IMG/VR virus record: IMGVR_UViG_3300033067_001922
Location: 1-40,117 of that record
Length of the DNA: 40,117 nucleotides
Strand: one strand, 5' to 3'
Source: a virus
Lineage: Duplodnaviria > Caudoviricetes
The translations under genes and the position numbers were made by a program. Numbering within the stretch: position 1 is the stretch's first letter; the number at the start of each line of letters is the position of its first letter. Positions 6,983 to 15,417 of this stretch are shown here, in pieces. Below the pieces are notes generated by a model, which did no database searches, had not been told where the DNA came from, and saw nothing but the letters and a program-made list of their open reading frames with translations.

Positions 6983-8689
6983 ATGCCAAGTCTATCGAAA
7001 TTCTTTGAATGGTACTCGAACCAAGAGCTCCAGGAACGCCAGCGTGGGGAAAAGCTTGGCTTGCCCAAGGTCGATCGAGCAGCGATGATCAATTCGTACG
7101 CCAAGTACGGATACGTCGCCCATTTTGGGGACCTTCAGGGCAGTGGCGACCGCTTTTCGAACGACCGCTATGTTTCCAAGCATGAGTTCAGGTGGAACAC
7201 ACCATCTGGTGTCTATGGGTACCCACTTGATTTGATGGCTGACAACGTCATTAAGAATGCCGTCCCATTCGCAGCAGAGTCTCCGTACATCTACATCCTC
7301 AAGGTTCATCACCCTGAAAAGCTCTTGAACTTGCGGGAGTACGACGACCCAGAACTTGCTACTGACTTGGAAAAGCTCAAGGGCATGTTTGATCCTGAAA
7401 AATTTGCTGAGACCACCAAACGTTTTCGGAATTACAACGCCCCCGAGCAGATCGTGTACATGACCAACACCCTAAGTGGAATGAATCCACATAAGTGGTC
7501 CTCCATTCTGAGGAAACTTGGGTATGTCGGGATTTACGATCCAGAGTATGGCATTGTTCACGAAAACGAACCAACTCAAGTGGTCCTCTTTGGACCCGAT
7601 GTGTTCGAAGTGGTTGACAAAATTGAAAACAACCCCGGAAGTCAAGAAAGGAACTACGAGCTGGCATCTTCCCCCAGCACTGATGCACGCACGCTAGCCA
7701 AACTTGCGTCACTCCAGGATGGGGAATTGAGTAGTTTGATTGCCAAGAATCCGAACGCCAACGAGCGAACTCTCAGGAAGATTTTCTCCGACTTCGCTTG
7801 GCCTGGGGTGGCCATGAGTCTTTTGATTAACCCGAAGCTACCAGCAGACATGATCGAACCTGCTATAGCTGTGTTGGAAAAACGCCCCGATTTGATTTCT
7901 GGCGTTGCCAGAAGTGCAGTTTCTCAAAAGGTAATCCAAGCCTTGCTTGCTAGGAACAACCATAACATCAATTCCAGTTTGGTAGGAAATCTAAACATCC
8001 CGGACGCTACAGTCGCAGGCTTGTTTCAAGTCGGGCCTATCACTTGGGACTTTATGGCAGAATTGTCTTCTAGGCCAAAAATCTCACCACAGTTGTATCA
8101 GATGGTGTGGCCGTCACTATCCCCCAAGAACAAGATAAACATTGCCTTCCGAGATGATTTTCCTGTTCTTGCAGACGATCAGAAAACGCTAAGCACGTAC
8201 TTTCATGATGTACTTGCTGCTGCAACTGAACCTGTTGATTACGCGAGCATTCTCCGAAAGGAAAAGTTGCCAGTAGAAGCTCTTATGCAAATTGCAGTGA
8301 AAGTGCAAAGCAACACCTCGTGGAACGTTCACCAACTCAAACAAGTTTACGAGCCAATGTTTGAACAAGAGAACGCCACCGAGGTCATTCGAGCTCTTGT
8401 TAACTCTGCGCCCGAACTCGTCAAAACACTTATGGCTTCTTCCGATCAAACACCAGTGGACGTGTTGGAGCAACTTGCTACAGGGAACAACATGGATTTG
8501 CTCTACGCCCTCGTGTACAACTCGAAGTCAACCCCTAAGATTTTCCAAGCAATTCTGTCGAAGCCTCTACCAGAGAATCCAGACGATCAAAGCGTCTTGA
8601 AACTTGCCCAAAAGGCGGCAGCTCGTAAGTTGGGTGTTGCTCCTCCGCTTACGGAGAGCTTGGTGAACTTCTACACCAGACTTTACTAG
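6983..8689 (+). CDS. Putative virion-associated protein: ADP-ribosyltransferase-like N-terminal domain plus helical (LRV/HEAT-like) repeats
   Basis: TPSGVYGYP...VPFA...ILRKLGYVGIYD...HENEPTQVVLF, then repeats such as LASSPSTDARTLAKLA, IAKNPNANERTL and LVYNSKSTPKIF. TAATTA lies 6 nt upstream. Confidence 0.6.
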   Translation: MPSLSKFFEWYSNQELQERQRGEKLGLPKVDRAAMINSYAKYGYVAHFGDLQGSGDRFSNDRYVSKHEFRWNTPSGVYGYPLDLMADNVIKNAVPFAAESPYIYILKVHHPEKLLNLREYDDPELATDLEKLKGMFDPEKFAETTKRFRNYNAPEQIVYMTNTLSGMNPHKWSSILRKLGYVGIYDPEYGIVHENEPTQVVLFGPDVFEVVDKIENNPGSQERNYELASSPSTDARTLAKLASLQDGELSSLIAKNPNANERTLRKIFSDFAWPGVAMSLLINPKLPADMIEPAIAVLEKRPDLISGVARSAVSQKVIQALLARNNHNINSSLVGNLNIPDATVAGLFQVGPITWDFMAELSSRPKISPQLYQMVWPSLSPKNKINIAFRDDFPVLADDQKTLSTYFHDVLAAATEPVDYASILRKEKLPVEALMQIAVKVQSNTSWNVHQLKQVYEPMFEQENATEVIRALVNSAPELVKTLMASSDQTPVDVLEQLATGNNMDLLYALVYNSKSTPKIFQAILSKPLPENPDDQSVLKLAQKAAARKLGVAPPLTESLVNFYTRLY

Positions 8690-9372
8690 AAGGACTTAGC
8701 AACGAAGTCTTTGATCTTCTGGACGTGCTCACCGCTTACGTTGCCAAGGATCGTTCTCACAGACTGAGTTCCAGCGTAATCCTTGGAATACCAGCCTTCA
8801 CCTGGGAAGTTCTTCTTGGTTGGGTGGTGCCCGTGCCACTCGAAGTTCGAGTTGAACACCCTGCGTCCAAGGAGCATGAGAACCGCTTCTTGGCTGGAAA
8901 CCACCGGAACCCCTCTGGAGATGAAGAAGGCAGCGGCTTGGTCAGGAAGTTCCGCCCACCAGTTGGGCCTTCCCAGGATGTCTTTGATTGCCTTCATCAG
9001 GAAGCCCTTGCCAGCAGGGGAGCCATCGGAAGCAAAGACGGAAACCTTGACGCTTCCATTCCTTGTTGTTGAAGCAAAAGCAGCACTCCTGATCTTGCCT
9101 TCTTTGTCAAGGGCGGGGTTGTTGAAAAACCAGTAGTCGTAGTTGTCCAGAGCTCCAGGGGATGATACGTTCATGTGCCCGCCAACATCTCCGTAAGCGG
9201 AGTTGATGAGCTTGAACAGTTCAGATCGAACTTCATCAGCAAGTTCTGAATCTGGAGAGATTTCGATCATCTCTGGCTTTCCCTCAAAGGGGCTTGGTGT
9301 TGCATTGAGCTCAGGTTCAACTGGCTCATTTTCGAGCAACAACCAAGAGTAGTATTCGTACAATGTCCGCAT
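8686..9372 (-). CDS. Hypothetical protein (possible degenerate GNAT-like fold)
   Basis: Start reassigned to ATG 9372 (MRTLYEYYSWLLLENE), 5 nt after TATTTA. Contains LFKLINSAYGDVGG. Converges on 6983..8689 with a 4-nt overlap. Confidence 0.65.
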   Translation of the reverse strand: MRTLYEYYSWLLLENEPVEPELNATPSPFEGKPEMIEISPDSELADEVRSELFKLINSAYGDVGGHMNVSSPGALDNYDYWFFNNPALDKEGKIRSAAFASTTRNGSVKVSVFASDGSPAGKGFLMKAIKDILGRPNWWAELPDQAAAFFISRGVPVVSSQEAVLMLLGRRVFNSNFEWHGHHPTKKNFPGEGWYSKDYAGTQSVRTILGNVSGEHVQKIKDFVAKSF

Positions 9373-9418
9373 AGGGCTAAATAGCCCAAAGTGATCAACA
9401 AGAAAGAAGTTCAGCAAT

Positions 9419-10120
9419 ATGAAGATTTCACTTTTGTGTCCAACCCGTTCTCGCCCCCATGCAATGCAGCGCCTTTGGGAGTCTGCGTGGGAGACAGCCG
9501 ACGACAAGGCGAACCTGGAGATCGTCTTTTACATGGACAAGGACGACTTCCACTCCCACCGCCAGTTTGAGAAGATGGATTCTCCTCAACACTACGGAAT
9601 CATTGGGGAGCGAATCGTCCTCTCCGAGATGTGGAACGAGTGCCAGAAGATCGCCACGGGCGAGGTCTACATGCACTGCGGGGATGATATCATTTTCCGT
9701 TCCAAGGGTTGGGACACCTTGGTTCGTGAGCACATGAATCGCTACCCCGACAAGATTGTCTTCGTCCACGGAATGGACGGCATCCAGAACGAACGCCTTG
9801 GAACCCACGGCTTCCTTCACAAGAACTGGGTGGAGACGATCGGTTACTTCGTTCCACCGTACTTCTCCTGCGACTACAACGATACGTGGCTGACAGATGT
9901 GAGCTCGATGATTGGCCGTAGGATCTACGAGCCCAAGATTTACACCGAGCACATGCATTGGGCAGTTGGGAAGCAGCCCAGGGATCAAACCTACACAGAC
10001 ACCATCGCCAGAGGCCAGCGCGACGGCGTGACGGCCATGTACGAGTCCATGCTCCCCAAGCGCCAGGAAGACGCCAGGAAGCTCCAGGAGTTCATCAAGA
10101 GCTGCGAGGTATCCAAGTGA
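9419..10120 (+). CDS. Glycosyltransferase, GT2-like
   Basis: ISLLCPTRSRP, EIVFYMDKDD, MHCGDDIIF and YNDTWL. Confidence 0.85.
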   Translation: MKISLLCPTRSRPHAMQRLWESAWETADDKANLEIVFYMDKDDFHSHRQFEKMDSPQHYGIIGERIVLSEMWNECQKIATGEVYMHCGDDIIFRSKGWDTLVREHMNRYPDKIVFVHGMDGIQNERLGTHGFLHKNWVETIGYFVPPYFSCDYNDTWLTDVSSMIGRRIYEPKIYTEHMHWAVGKQPRDQTYTDTIARGQRDGVTAMYESMLPKRQEDARKLQEFIKSCEVSK

Positions 10121-10206
10121 CTTGGCTTGAACTCTACCGCCTCAATCACCCTCAGAACGCCATGAAGTACGGCATCCTGTGTCCGTACATCCGATTGGTG
10201 ATGTGA
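10117..10206 (+). CDS. 29-aa mini-ORF
   Basis: GTGA overlap upstream and TGATG overlap downstream; MTWLELYRLNHPQNAMKYGILCPYIRLVM. Confidence 0.45.
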   Translation: MTWLELYRLNHPQNAMKYGILCPYIRLVM

Positions 10207-10529
10207 TGTTGAAACACTACACCCTGATCTATTCCCGTGGGGAACCAAAAATTGCTCTAGACCTCTTTGAAGAAGAGCTCAAGCGCAAGGGCTCAATTTT
10301 CGAGACCGACACGGAGTTCCATGTTTGGGTCGACAACGACGACCATGCTACAGCGAAGGAGTTCTACTCCTTTCGGAAGTACATTCGGAAGGGTCTGAAG
10401 ATCAAGCTCTACATCAACCCACCTCGGTCAAACCAAGAGGTTTGGGACTTTTTGATGAACCAGCTTGGCTCAAACATTCAGATCAACAACGTTTCCCGTG
10501 AAGTTATCTACGCCTCGGAGAGTGCATGA
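10206..10529 (+). CDS. Hypothetical protein
   Basis: ATG 10206 overlaps the previous stop, and the ORF ends overlapping the radical SAM start. Confidence 0.65.
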   Translation: MLKHYTLIYSRGEPKIALDLFEEELKRKGSIFETDTEFHVWVDNDDHATAKEFYSFRKYIRKGLKIKLYINPPRSNQEVWDFLMNQLGSNIQINNVSREVIYASESA

Positions 10530-11581
10530 AACGCCTGACAGTTATCCAAGAAGGTGCTCCAGCGCCCACAAAGCCAGTGAGCTACGAGAAGCAGACGCAA
10601 GCCTACTCCACCTGGGGAGGCAAGCTCTTGCAACACACAGACGTGCTGCACTCCATCCAGGCAAAGAAGGAGTTCAAGCCAATCACCATCCAACTTGCTC
10701 CAACGGAAGCTTGCGACTCCAACTGTCCGTTTTGCTCGGTTGCCTGGAGACCTGTGGACAAGAAGATTCCCTGGGACACCCTTGAGAAGGGCTTGAGGGA
10801 GTTCCGGGAGCTTGGAGCCAAGTCCGTGGAAATCACAGGCGGTGGAAACCCTCTCCTTTACAAGGATGGTTCCAGGAACATCAACGATGTGATCGAGCTG
10901 GCCCATTCCCTTGGGTACGAGATTGGTGTGATTACCAACTCCGAGAAGCTCTCTCGGCATATCAAGCCAGAGAATGCCAGCAAGCTCTCTTGGATCAGGA
11001 TTTCCTTGATCAAGCTTGACGAAGGAAAGCACCCGGAAGATTACGACTTTTCAGGTTTCCCTGTGGAGAAGCTTGGATTTTCCTACATCATCTATGAGGG
11101 AACTACCAAGAAGTCCATCGAGAGCATCGCAAGGCTTGTGGAGCTCAACCCCGAGATCAAGTTCGTCCGTATTGCTTCGGACTGCCTTACCGAGCAATCC
11201 CTGACGATCAAGGGGGATTGGGGCGATATCGTGCAGGCAATGGACACCCACAAGAAGTTCTTCATCAAGGAGATCGGGGAGACCTTCCATCCCTATGAGG
11301 GTGGCTGCTGGGTTGGCATGGTAAGGCCGTATTGGGTTTGGGACGGGGTGTACATGTGCACCTCCCATGTTCTCAAGCACAGGGGCTACCATGACACCTG
11401 GAAGCTCTGTAAGGGCGATGAGATCAAGGAAGCCTGGGGCAAGATGAACCAGCGCTTCCAGGCCGGTCAGAACCCTTACGACATCGACATCCAGAAGGAG
11501 TGCTGGCACTGTTACTACTACAACAATAACCGGCTCCTGTCCGATGTGATCACGGAACTGCCAGACAGGAATTTCGCATGA
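10526..11581 (+). CDS. Radical SAM enzyme with C-terminal Cys (SPASM/twitch-like) cluster
   Basis: CDSNCPFC (CxxxCxxC), ITGGGNPL, ITNS, and C-terminal CWVG...YMC...CWHCYY. Confidence 0.92.
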   Translation: MKRLTVIQEGAPAPTKPVSYEKQTQAYSTWGGKLLQHTDVLHSIQAKKEFKPITIQLAPTEACDSNCPFCSVAWRPVDKKIPWDTLEKGLREFRELGAKSVEITGGGNPLLYKDGSRNINDVIELAHSLGYEIGVITNSEKLSRHIKPENASKLSWIRISLIKLDEGKHPEDYDFSGFPVEKLGFSYIIYEGTTKKSIESIARLVELNPEIKFVRIASDCLTEQSLTIKGDWGDIVQAMDTHKKFFIKEIGETFHPYEGGCWVGMVRPYWVWDGVYMCTSHVLKHRGYHDTWKLCKGDEIKEAWGKMNQRFQAGQNPYDIDIQKECWHCYYYNNNRLLSDVITELPDRNFA

Positions 11582-11760
11582 CGGATTCCTCTGATACTTC
11601 GTGGATGGAAGAGCAGCTCGCCAAAATATTGGCCGCTGAAATAAAGAATGCGATGGTTCGAAAGCTCAGCGAGACCTATGAGTGCTATTTGGCACAAAGA
11701 AGGAAATCACCATTTAGGATGACTTGGGTCAAAATCCGAGAATGCCAACATACCCGTTGA
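11578..11760 (+). CDS. PFRxT-tag mini-protein 6 (capsid spine-helix-like segment)
   Basis: ATGA overlap; EEQLAKILAAEIKNAMVRKL followed by SPFRMTWV. Confidence 0.72.
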   Translation: MTDSSDTSWMEEQLAKILAAEIKNAMVRKLSETYECYLAQRRKSPFRMTWVKIRECQHTR

Positions 11761-11972
11761 CCACAACCATCCCAACGAACGTGGAGTCGATCGCTACAAC
11801 ATCAAGCCTTCCCAAGTTCGAAACGTCGGAATCGCTTTACACACCATATGTGCCCATGCAAGTCACGCCACTTTTTCCTGCGAAGAAGGTTGGCTCTCCT
11901 TTTAGGTTTACCAACCTAAAGCTGATTCCTGTTTTCTCTACAAGAAAGGCGTTTCGGTATGCACAGGGTTAA
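11742..11972 (+). CDS. PFRxT-tag mini-protein 7 (capsid C-terminal-like segment)
   Basis: ETSESLYTPYVPMQVTPLF followed by SPFRFTNL. Confidence 0.72.
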   Translation: MPTYPLTTTIPTNVESIATTSSLPKFETSESLYTPYVPMQVTPLFPAKKVGSPFRFTNLKLIPVFSTRKAFRYAQG

Positions 11973-12093
11973 AGGATCGCCCTTTCTTGAATCTGGGTAC
12001 GTGTTCGCTCCGTACATTCCCAAGCTCGGCTTGATGAGCCCCTTTCGATTCACTTGTCTCAAGATCAAGAAGAAAGAGAAGGCAGTTTGGTGA
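11959..12093 (+). CDS. PFRxT-tag mini-protein 8 (44 aa; capsid C-terminal-like segment)
   Basis: Not in the ORF track. Translates as MHRVKGSPFLESGYVFAPYIPKLGLMSPFRFTCLKIKKKEKAVW. Confidence 0.75.
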   Translation: MHRVKGSPFLESGYVFAPYIPKLGLMSPFRFTCLKIKKKEKAVW

Positions 12094-12245
12094 TAAGCAC
12101 GGGAAGCGGATTTGGCATTTGCTTGACAATCAGCGAAAGCGTGACTATCTCAATCCCTTCGTGGCCCAAGGGCAGTCCGTTTAGGCGGACGTGTTTAACG
12201 ATCAAGAGGTACAATGAGCTCTACTGCAAACCCATACACCGCTGA
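12090..12245 (+). CDS. PFRxT-tag mini-protein 9
   Basis: GTGA overlap; MISTGSGFGICLTISESVTISIPSWPKGSPFRRTCLTIKRYNELYCKPIHR. Confidence 0.65.
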   Translation: MISTGSGFGICLTISESVTISIPSWPKGSPFRRTCLTIKRYNELYCKPIHR

Positions 12246-12819
12246 CTACTACAAGTCCAGCAACTACGCTGACTACCTGGAGCGAGCTGACCGCTACAAG
12301 AAGACAGCCTACGAGCTGGTTGACCTTCTTCGGAAGCTTGGTTTGATCGACAAAGAGAGCTACATCGTTGACTTCGGTTGTGCGGTTGGCTTTCTCCTGG
12401 AGGGGTTTAATGATCATGGTTACCGCGAGGTTGCGGGCTATGACGTATCCGATTGGGCCATTGCTGAGGGCCGCATGCGCGGCAACAACATTACCAAGTG
12501 GGACGACACCGTTCAGTGTGCCAGGAGGGTAAGTGCTCTTACGGCACTCGATGTTTTCGAGCACATGGAGGATGACGAGATCAGGAGGATGCTGAAAGTC
12601 CTCGAACCGGAGTGCATGGTCCTGAGAATCCCCACTTCGGTGGATGGTGGAAAAACTTTCGCCCTGGAGGTTTCTCGTCAGGACCCGACCCATATCAATT
12701 GCAAGACCAAAGAGCAGTGGATCGACTTTTTGCGTGATTGCGGCTATGGTATCTGTTTGAAGCTGAATCTCTTCACGGTTTACGACACGCCAGGGGTGAG
12801 TTGTTTTTTGGCACTCTAA
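12214..12819 (+). CDS. Class I SAM-dependent methyltransferase
   Basis: IVDFGCAVGFLL motif I, GYDVS, ALDVFEHM and DPTHIN. Confidence 0.9.
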   Translation: MSSTANPYTADYYKSSNYADYLERADRYKKTAYELVDLLRKLGLIDKESYIVDFGCAVGFLLEGFNDHGYREVAGYDVSDWAIAEGRMRGNNITKWDDTVQCARRVSALTALDVFEHMEDDEIRRMLKVLEPECMVLRIPTSVDGGKTFALEVSRQDPTHINCKTKEQWIDFLRDCGYGICLKLNLFTVYDTPGVSCFLAL

Positions 12820-12846
12820 ACCTCCCCTGTGCTCGTACTTACATAC

Positions 12847-13653
12847 ATGAAGTTTCACTACAACGAACACTCCCTGAAATCCGGTATCTACAAGATCCTG
12901 AATACTCACACCAATCGCATCTACATTGGACAGGCGAAGGAATTCAAAGAACGTTGGAAAGCTCACGCTAGTTCACTGCGGTTAGGCAAACACAAAAACA
13001 GTTTTCTTCGAGCTGACTTCAATAAGTGCAAGGGGGATCTTGGGCACGACGACTTCCTTGAGTTCCATGTCCTGGAGGTGCTGGAAGGATCTACCAGGGA
13101 AGAACGAAACAAGAGGGAAGAGTGGTGGATTGCCCAAACTCTCATTAATTGGCAGTGCTACAATTTCGAGCTCAAGCCATCCAAATCAGAACAGAGCATT
13201 TGGTCTCGCTCACCCGAACAAACTCGTCAAAGAAGATCGCAGGCCCACAAAGGCAAACACTATTCTCCCGGCACAGAGCTTTCAAAGGGAGAGGATCATC
13301 CTGGGTTCGGCAAACCTCTTTCTGAGGAAACTAAGCAGAAGTTGAGTTTGGCCAACAAAGGCAAGCATAACCCCACTGAAGCAACCAGAGAGCTTATCCG
13401 TCAAGCTAATTTGGGCTCGAACAATCCCAATTTTGGCAAACGGAAATCCGACATCACGAAAGCCAAGATGAGTCAGGCTCATTCTGCAAGAAAGAAAGCT
13501 GTTATTCAACAAACTCTTCATGGCGAAGTAGTGCATGTTCACGCAAGCATCATGGAAGCCTCCCGCGCCACCAACGTAAACCATTCCAGTATTATTGCTT
13601 GCTGTCGTGGCCGTCTTCGATCTGCTGGCGGATTTAGATGGATGTACTCATAG
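12847..13653 (+). CDS. GIY-YIG homing endonuclease (NUMOD3 repeats, C-terminal NUMOD1-like HTH)
   Basis: SGIYKILN...IYIGQA...RW..H; SEETKQKLS; SIMEASRAT...CCRG...SAGGFRW. ATG 12847 lies 5 nt after TACTTA. Confidence 0.92.
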   Translation: MKFHYNEHSLKSGIYKILNTHTNRIYIGQAKEFKERWKAHASSLRLGKHKNSFLRADFNKCKGDLGHDDFLEFHVLEVLEGSTREERNKREEWWIAQTLINWQCYNFELKPSKSEQSIWSRSPEQTRQRRSQAHKGKHYSPGTELSKGEDHPGFGKPLSEETKQKLSLANKGKHNPTEATRELIRQANLGSNNPNFGKRKSDITKAKMSQAHSARKKAVIQQTLHGEVVHVHASIMEASRATNVNHSSIIACCRGRLRSAGGFRWMYS

Positions 13654-13725
13654 AGAAGTCTACTTTGCTTGCCTTCTGAGTATCGTTGAATTTGGTACAC
13701 AATATCTGCTTTCTGCTCTCAGAAG

Positions 13726-14073
13726 ATGGGACAAGAAAAGCAGATGTTCTACAGGCCCAACCCATATAGCCCTATCGCTAACACCGATAGCAAGACAGTT
13801 GGCGAACTGATTATTGAGTTGGGGGAGAAACTCAAGGATGGTTCGGTAACGTACAAGCAAGCCGTGGAGTTCTTCCAAGCCCACAAGATTTGCTTCCCCA
13901 ACGAGCGCACTGGAATGCTTTCCAGTGATTGGCGTGAGCCGGAGGCGGATTACAACAAAGCCGTCTTCACTTGCGTTATTTCCTGTTCGTGCGGCTGTGG
14001 CCCAATGGACGAGGGTTGCAACCAGCTTGGTCCTGGCTCCAAGCCAAAGTACGATTTTACCTTCAAGAAGTGA
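13726..14073 (+). CDS. Hypothetical protein with Cys-rich C-terminus
   Basis: 115-aa ORF containing CVISCSCGCGPMDEGC. Confidence 0.6.
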   Translation: MGQEKQMFYRPNPYSPIANTDSKTVGELIIELGEKLKDGSVTYKQAVEFFQAHKICFPNERTGMLSSDWREPEADYNKAVFTCVISCSCGCGPMDEGCNQLGPGSKPKYDFTFKK

Positions 14074-14085
14074 GGAGACAAGAGA

Positions 14086-15387
14086 ATGAAGATCGGTTTC
14101 ATGGGGCTCGGCAAATTGGGTTTGCCATGCGCACTGGCATCGGAGCATGCAGGTCACGAGGTTGTGGGTTATGACCCAAACCCTGCGGTCAAGGATTACA
14201 TCAGGGACAAGAAGATCCCCTACCGTGAGGAAGGCACGCCAGAGCTGCTTCAGAACACCAAGATCAGGGTGGTTTCCGTCCAAGAGATGGTTGACTTCTC
14301 GGATTTGATCTTTGTGGCTGTTCAGACGCCACACAACCCACGTTTCGAGGGAACGACAAGGATTCCAGAGGAGAGAGTCGACTTTGACTACTCCTACCTC
14401 ATTGGAGCTTGCAAGGAGTTGAATGCAGCGATCGAGAAGAAGGGCAAGGATACCCCTGTTGTGGTCATCTCCACGGTCCTTCCTGGGACAATGGACTCCC
14501 AGGTGATCCCTCACCTCGGCCCACACTTCAAGCTCTGCTACAACCCATTCTTCATTGCAATGGGTACGACGAGATACGACTTCACACACCCTGAGTTCGT
14601 TCTCTTTGGGATGAGTGACGAGAAGACGGCTGACCTTGCAGAGAGCTTCTACAAGACGATTCACAATGCTCCGTTCTATCGTTGCTCGATCAAGTCTGCC
14701 GAGTTGATCAAGGTGGCCTACAACACCTTCATCAGCACGAAGATTGCCTTTGTCAACAACCTCATGGAAATTTGCCACCACACGGGCGCAGATGTTGATG
14801 AGGTTACCGATGCCCTGAAGCTGGCAAACGAACGCCTTATCTCGCCGAAGTACCTCTCGGCTGGAATGGGAGATGGTGGTGGATGCCACCCAAGGGACAA
14901 CATTGCCCTTTCCTGGCTCTCCAGGAAGCTTGGAATGACCTTCGACTTCCATGAGGCCATTATGATGGCTCGTGAGAAGCAGACGGACTTCTTGGCCAAT
15001 CTGGTTGAGAAGTACCGCAAGGTTGGCATTTACTCCACAGAAGACTTCACAGTCAAGGAGTACAGAACTCTTCCTGTTGTCATCCTCGGCAAGGCATTCA
15101 AGGAGCAGACCAACCTTGAAGTTGGTTCTCCTGCAATCCTCCTGAAGAATATTCTTGCGGAGCGTGGGATTGAAGCGGAGATGTACGATCCGTGGATTGA
15201 CCCATGTGAGGACAAGACGGTGAATCCTTACGAGAAGGGTGAAGCGAAGCTCTTCTTCATTGGAACACGTCACGCTGTGTTCAAGGGCTACAAGTTCCCC
15301 GTTGGTTCAACGATTCTTGATCCTTGGGCCTTGATCGACAAGGCAGCTCATCCAGGTTGCCGCGTCATTCACATCGGTAGGGTGTGA
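14086..15387 (+). CDS. UDP-glucose/GDP-mannose dehydrogenase family protein
   Basis: GLGKLG Rossmann motif, FVAVQTP, STVLPGT, AELIKVAYN, catalytic GGGCHPRD and GKAFK. Confidence 0.93.
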   Translation: MKIGFMGLGKLGLPCALASEHAGHEVVGYDPNPAVKDYIRDKKIPYREEGTPELLQNTKIRVVSVQEMVDFSDLIFVAVQTPHNPRFEGTTRIPEERVDFDYSYLIGACKELNAAIEKKGKDTPVVVISTVLPGTMDSQVIPHLGPHFKLCYNPFFIAMGTTRYDFTHPEFVLFGMSDEKTADLAESFYKTIHNAPFYRCSIKSAELIKVAYNTFISTKIAFVNNLMEICHHTGADVDEVTDALKLANERLISPKYLSAGMGDGGGCHPRDNIALSWLSRKLGMTFDFHEAIMMAREKQTDFLANLVEKYRKVGIYSTEDFTVKEYRTLPVVILGKAFKEQTNLEVGSPAILLKNILAERGIEAEMYDPWIDPCEDKTVNPYEKGEAKLFFIGTRHAVFKGYKFPVGSTILDPWALIDKAAHPGCRVIHIGRV

Positions 15388-15406
15388 TTCGCGTTTAGCA
15401 GGGGGA

Positions 15407-15412
15407 TAATTA
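15407..15412 (+). promoter_or_regulatory. Representative TAnTTA putative late promoter (-10-like)
   Basis: TAATTA 5 nt before ATG 15418. The same motif recurs before 12 other starts (see findings). Confidence 0.6.
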
Positions 15413-15417
15413 CTTCC

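Noticed and set aside
9373-9507. Longer N-terminus of the 8686 minus-strand ORF (likewise track starts at 626, 1438, 19376, 26604)
   Set aside because: The extensions overlap neighbouring real genes; internal ATGs fit the promoter motif or gene coupling better.
4651-12245. Mini-ORFs as a single decayed or split major capsid pseudogene
   Set aside because: The fragments are out of order, two blocks occur twice, one is terminase-like, and each has its own start and tag.
13673-13725. cttctgag/ctcagaag inverted repeat
   Set aside because: Only 8 bp with a 37-nt spacer, which is compatible with chance.
13660-15273. 537-aa minus-strand ORF
   Set aside because: Antisense shadow of the dehydrogenase gene, with no recognisable motifs.
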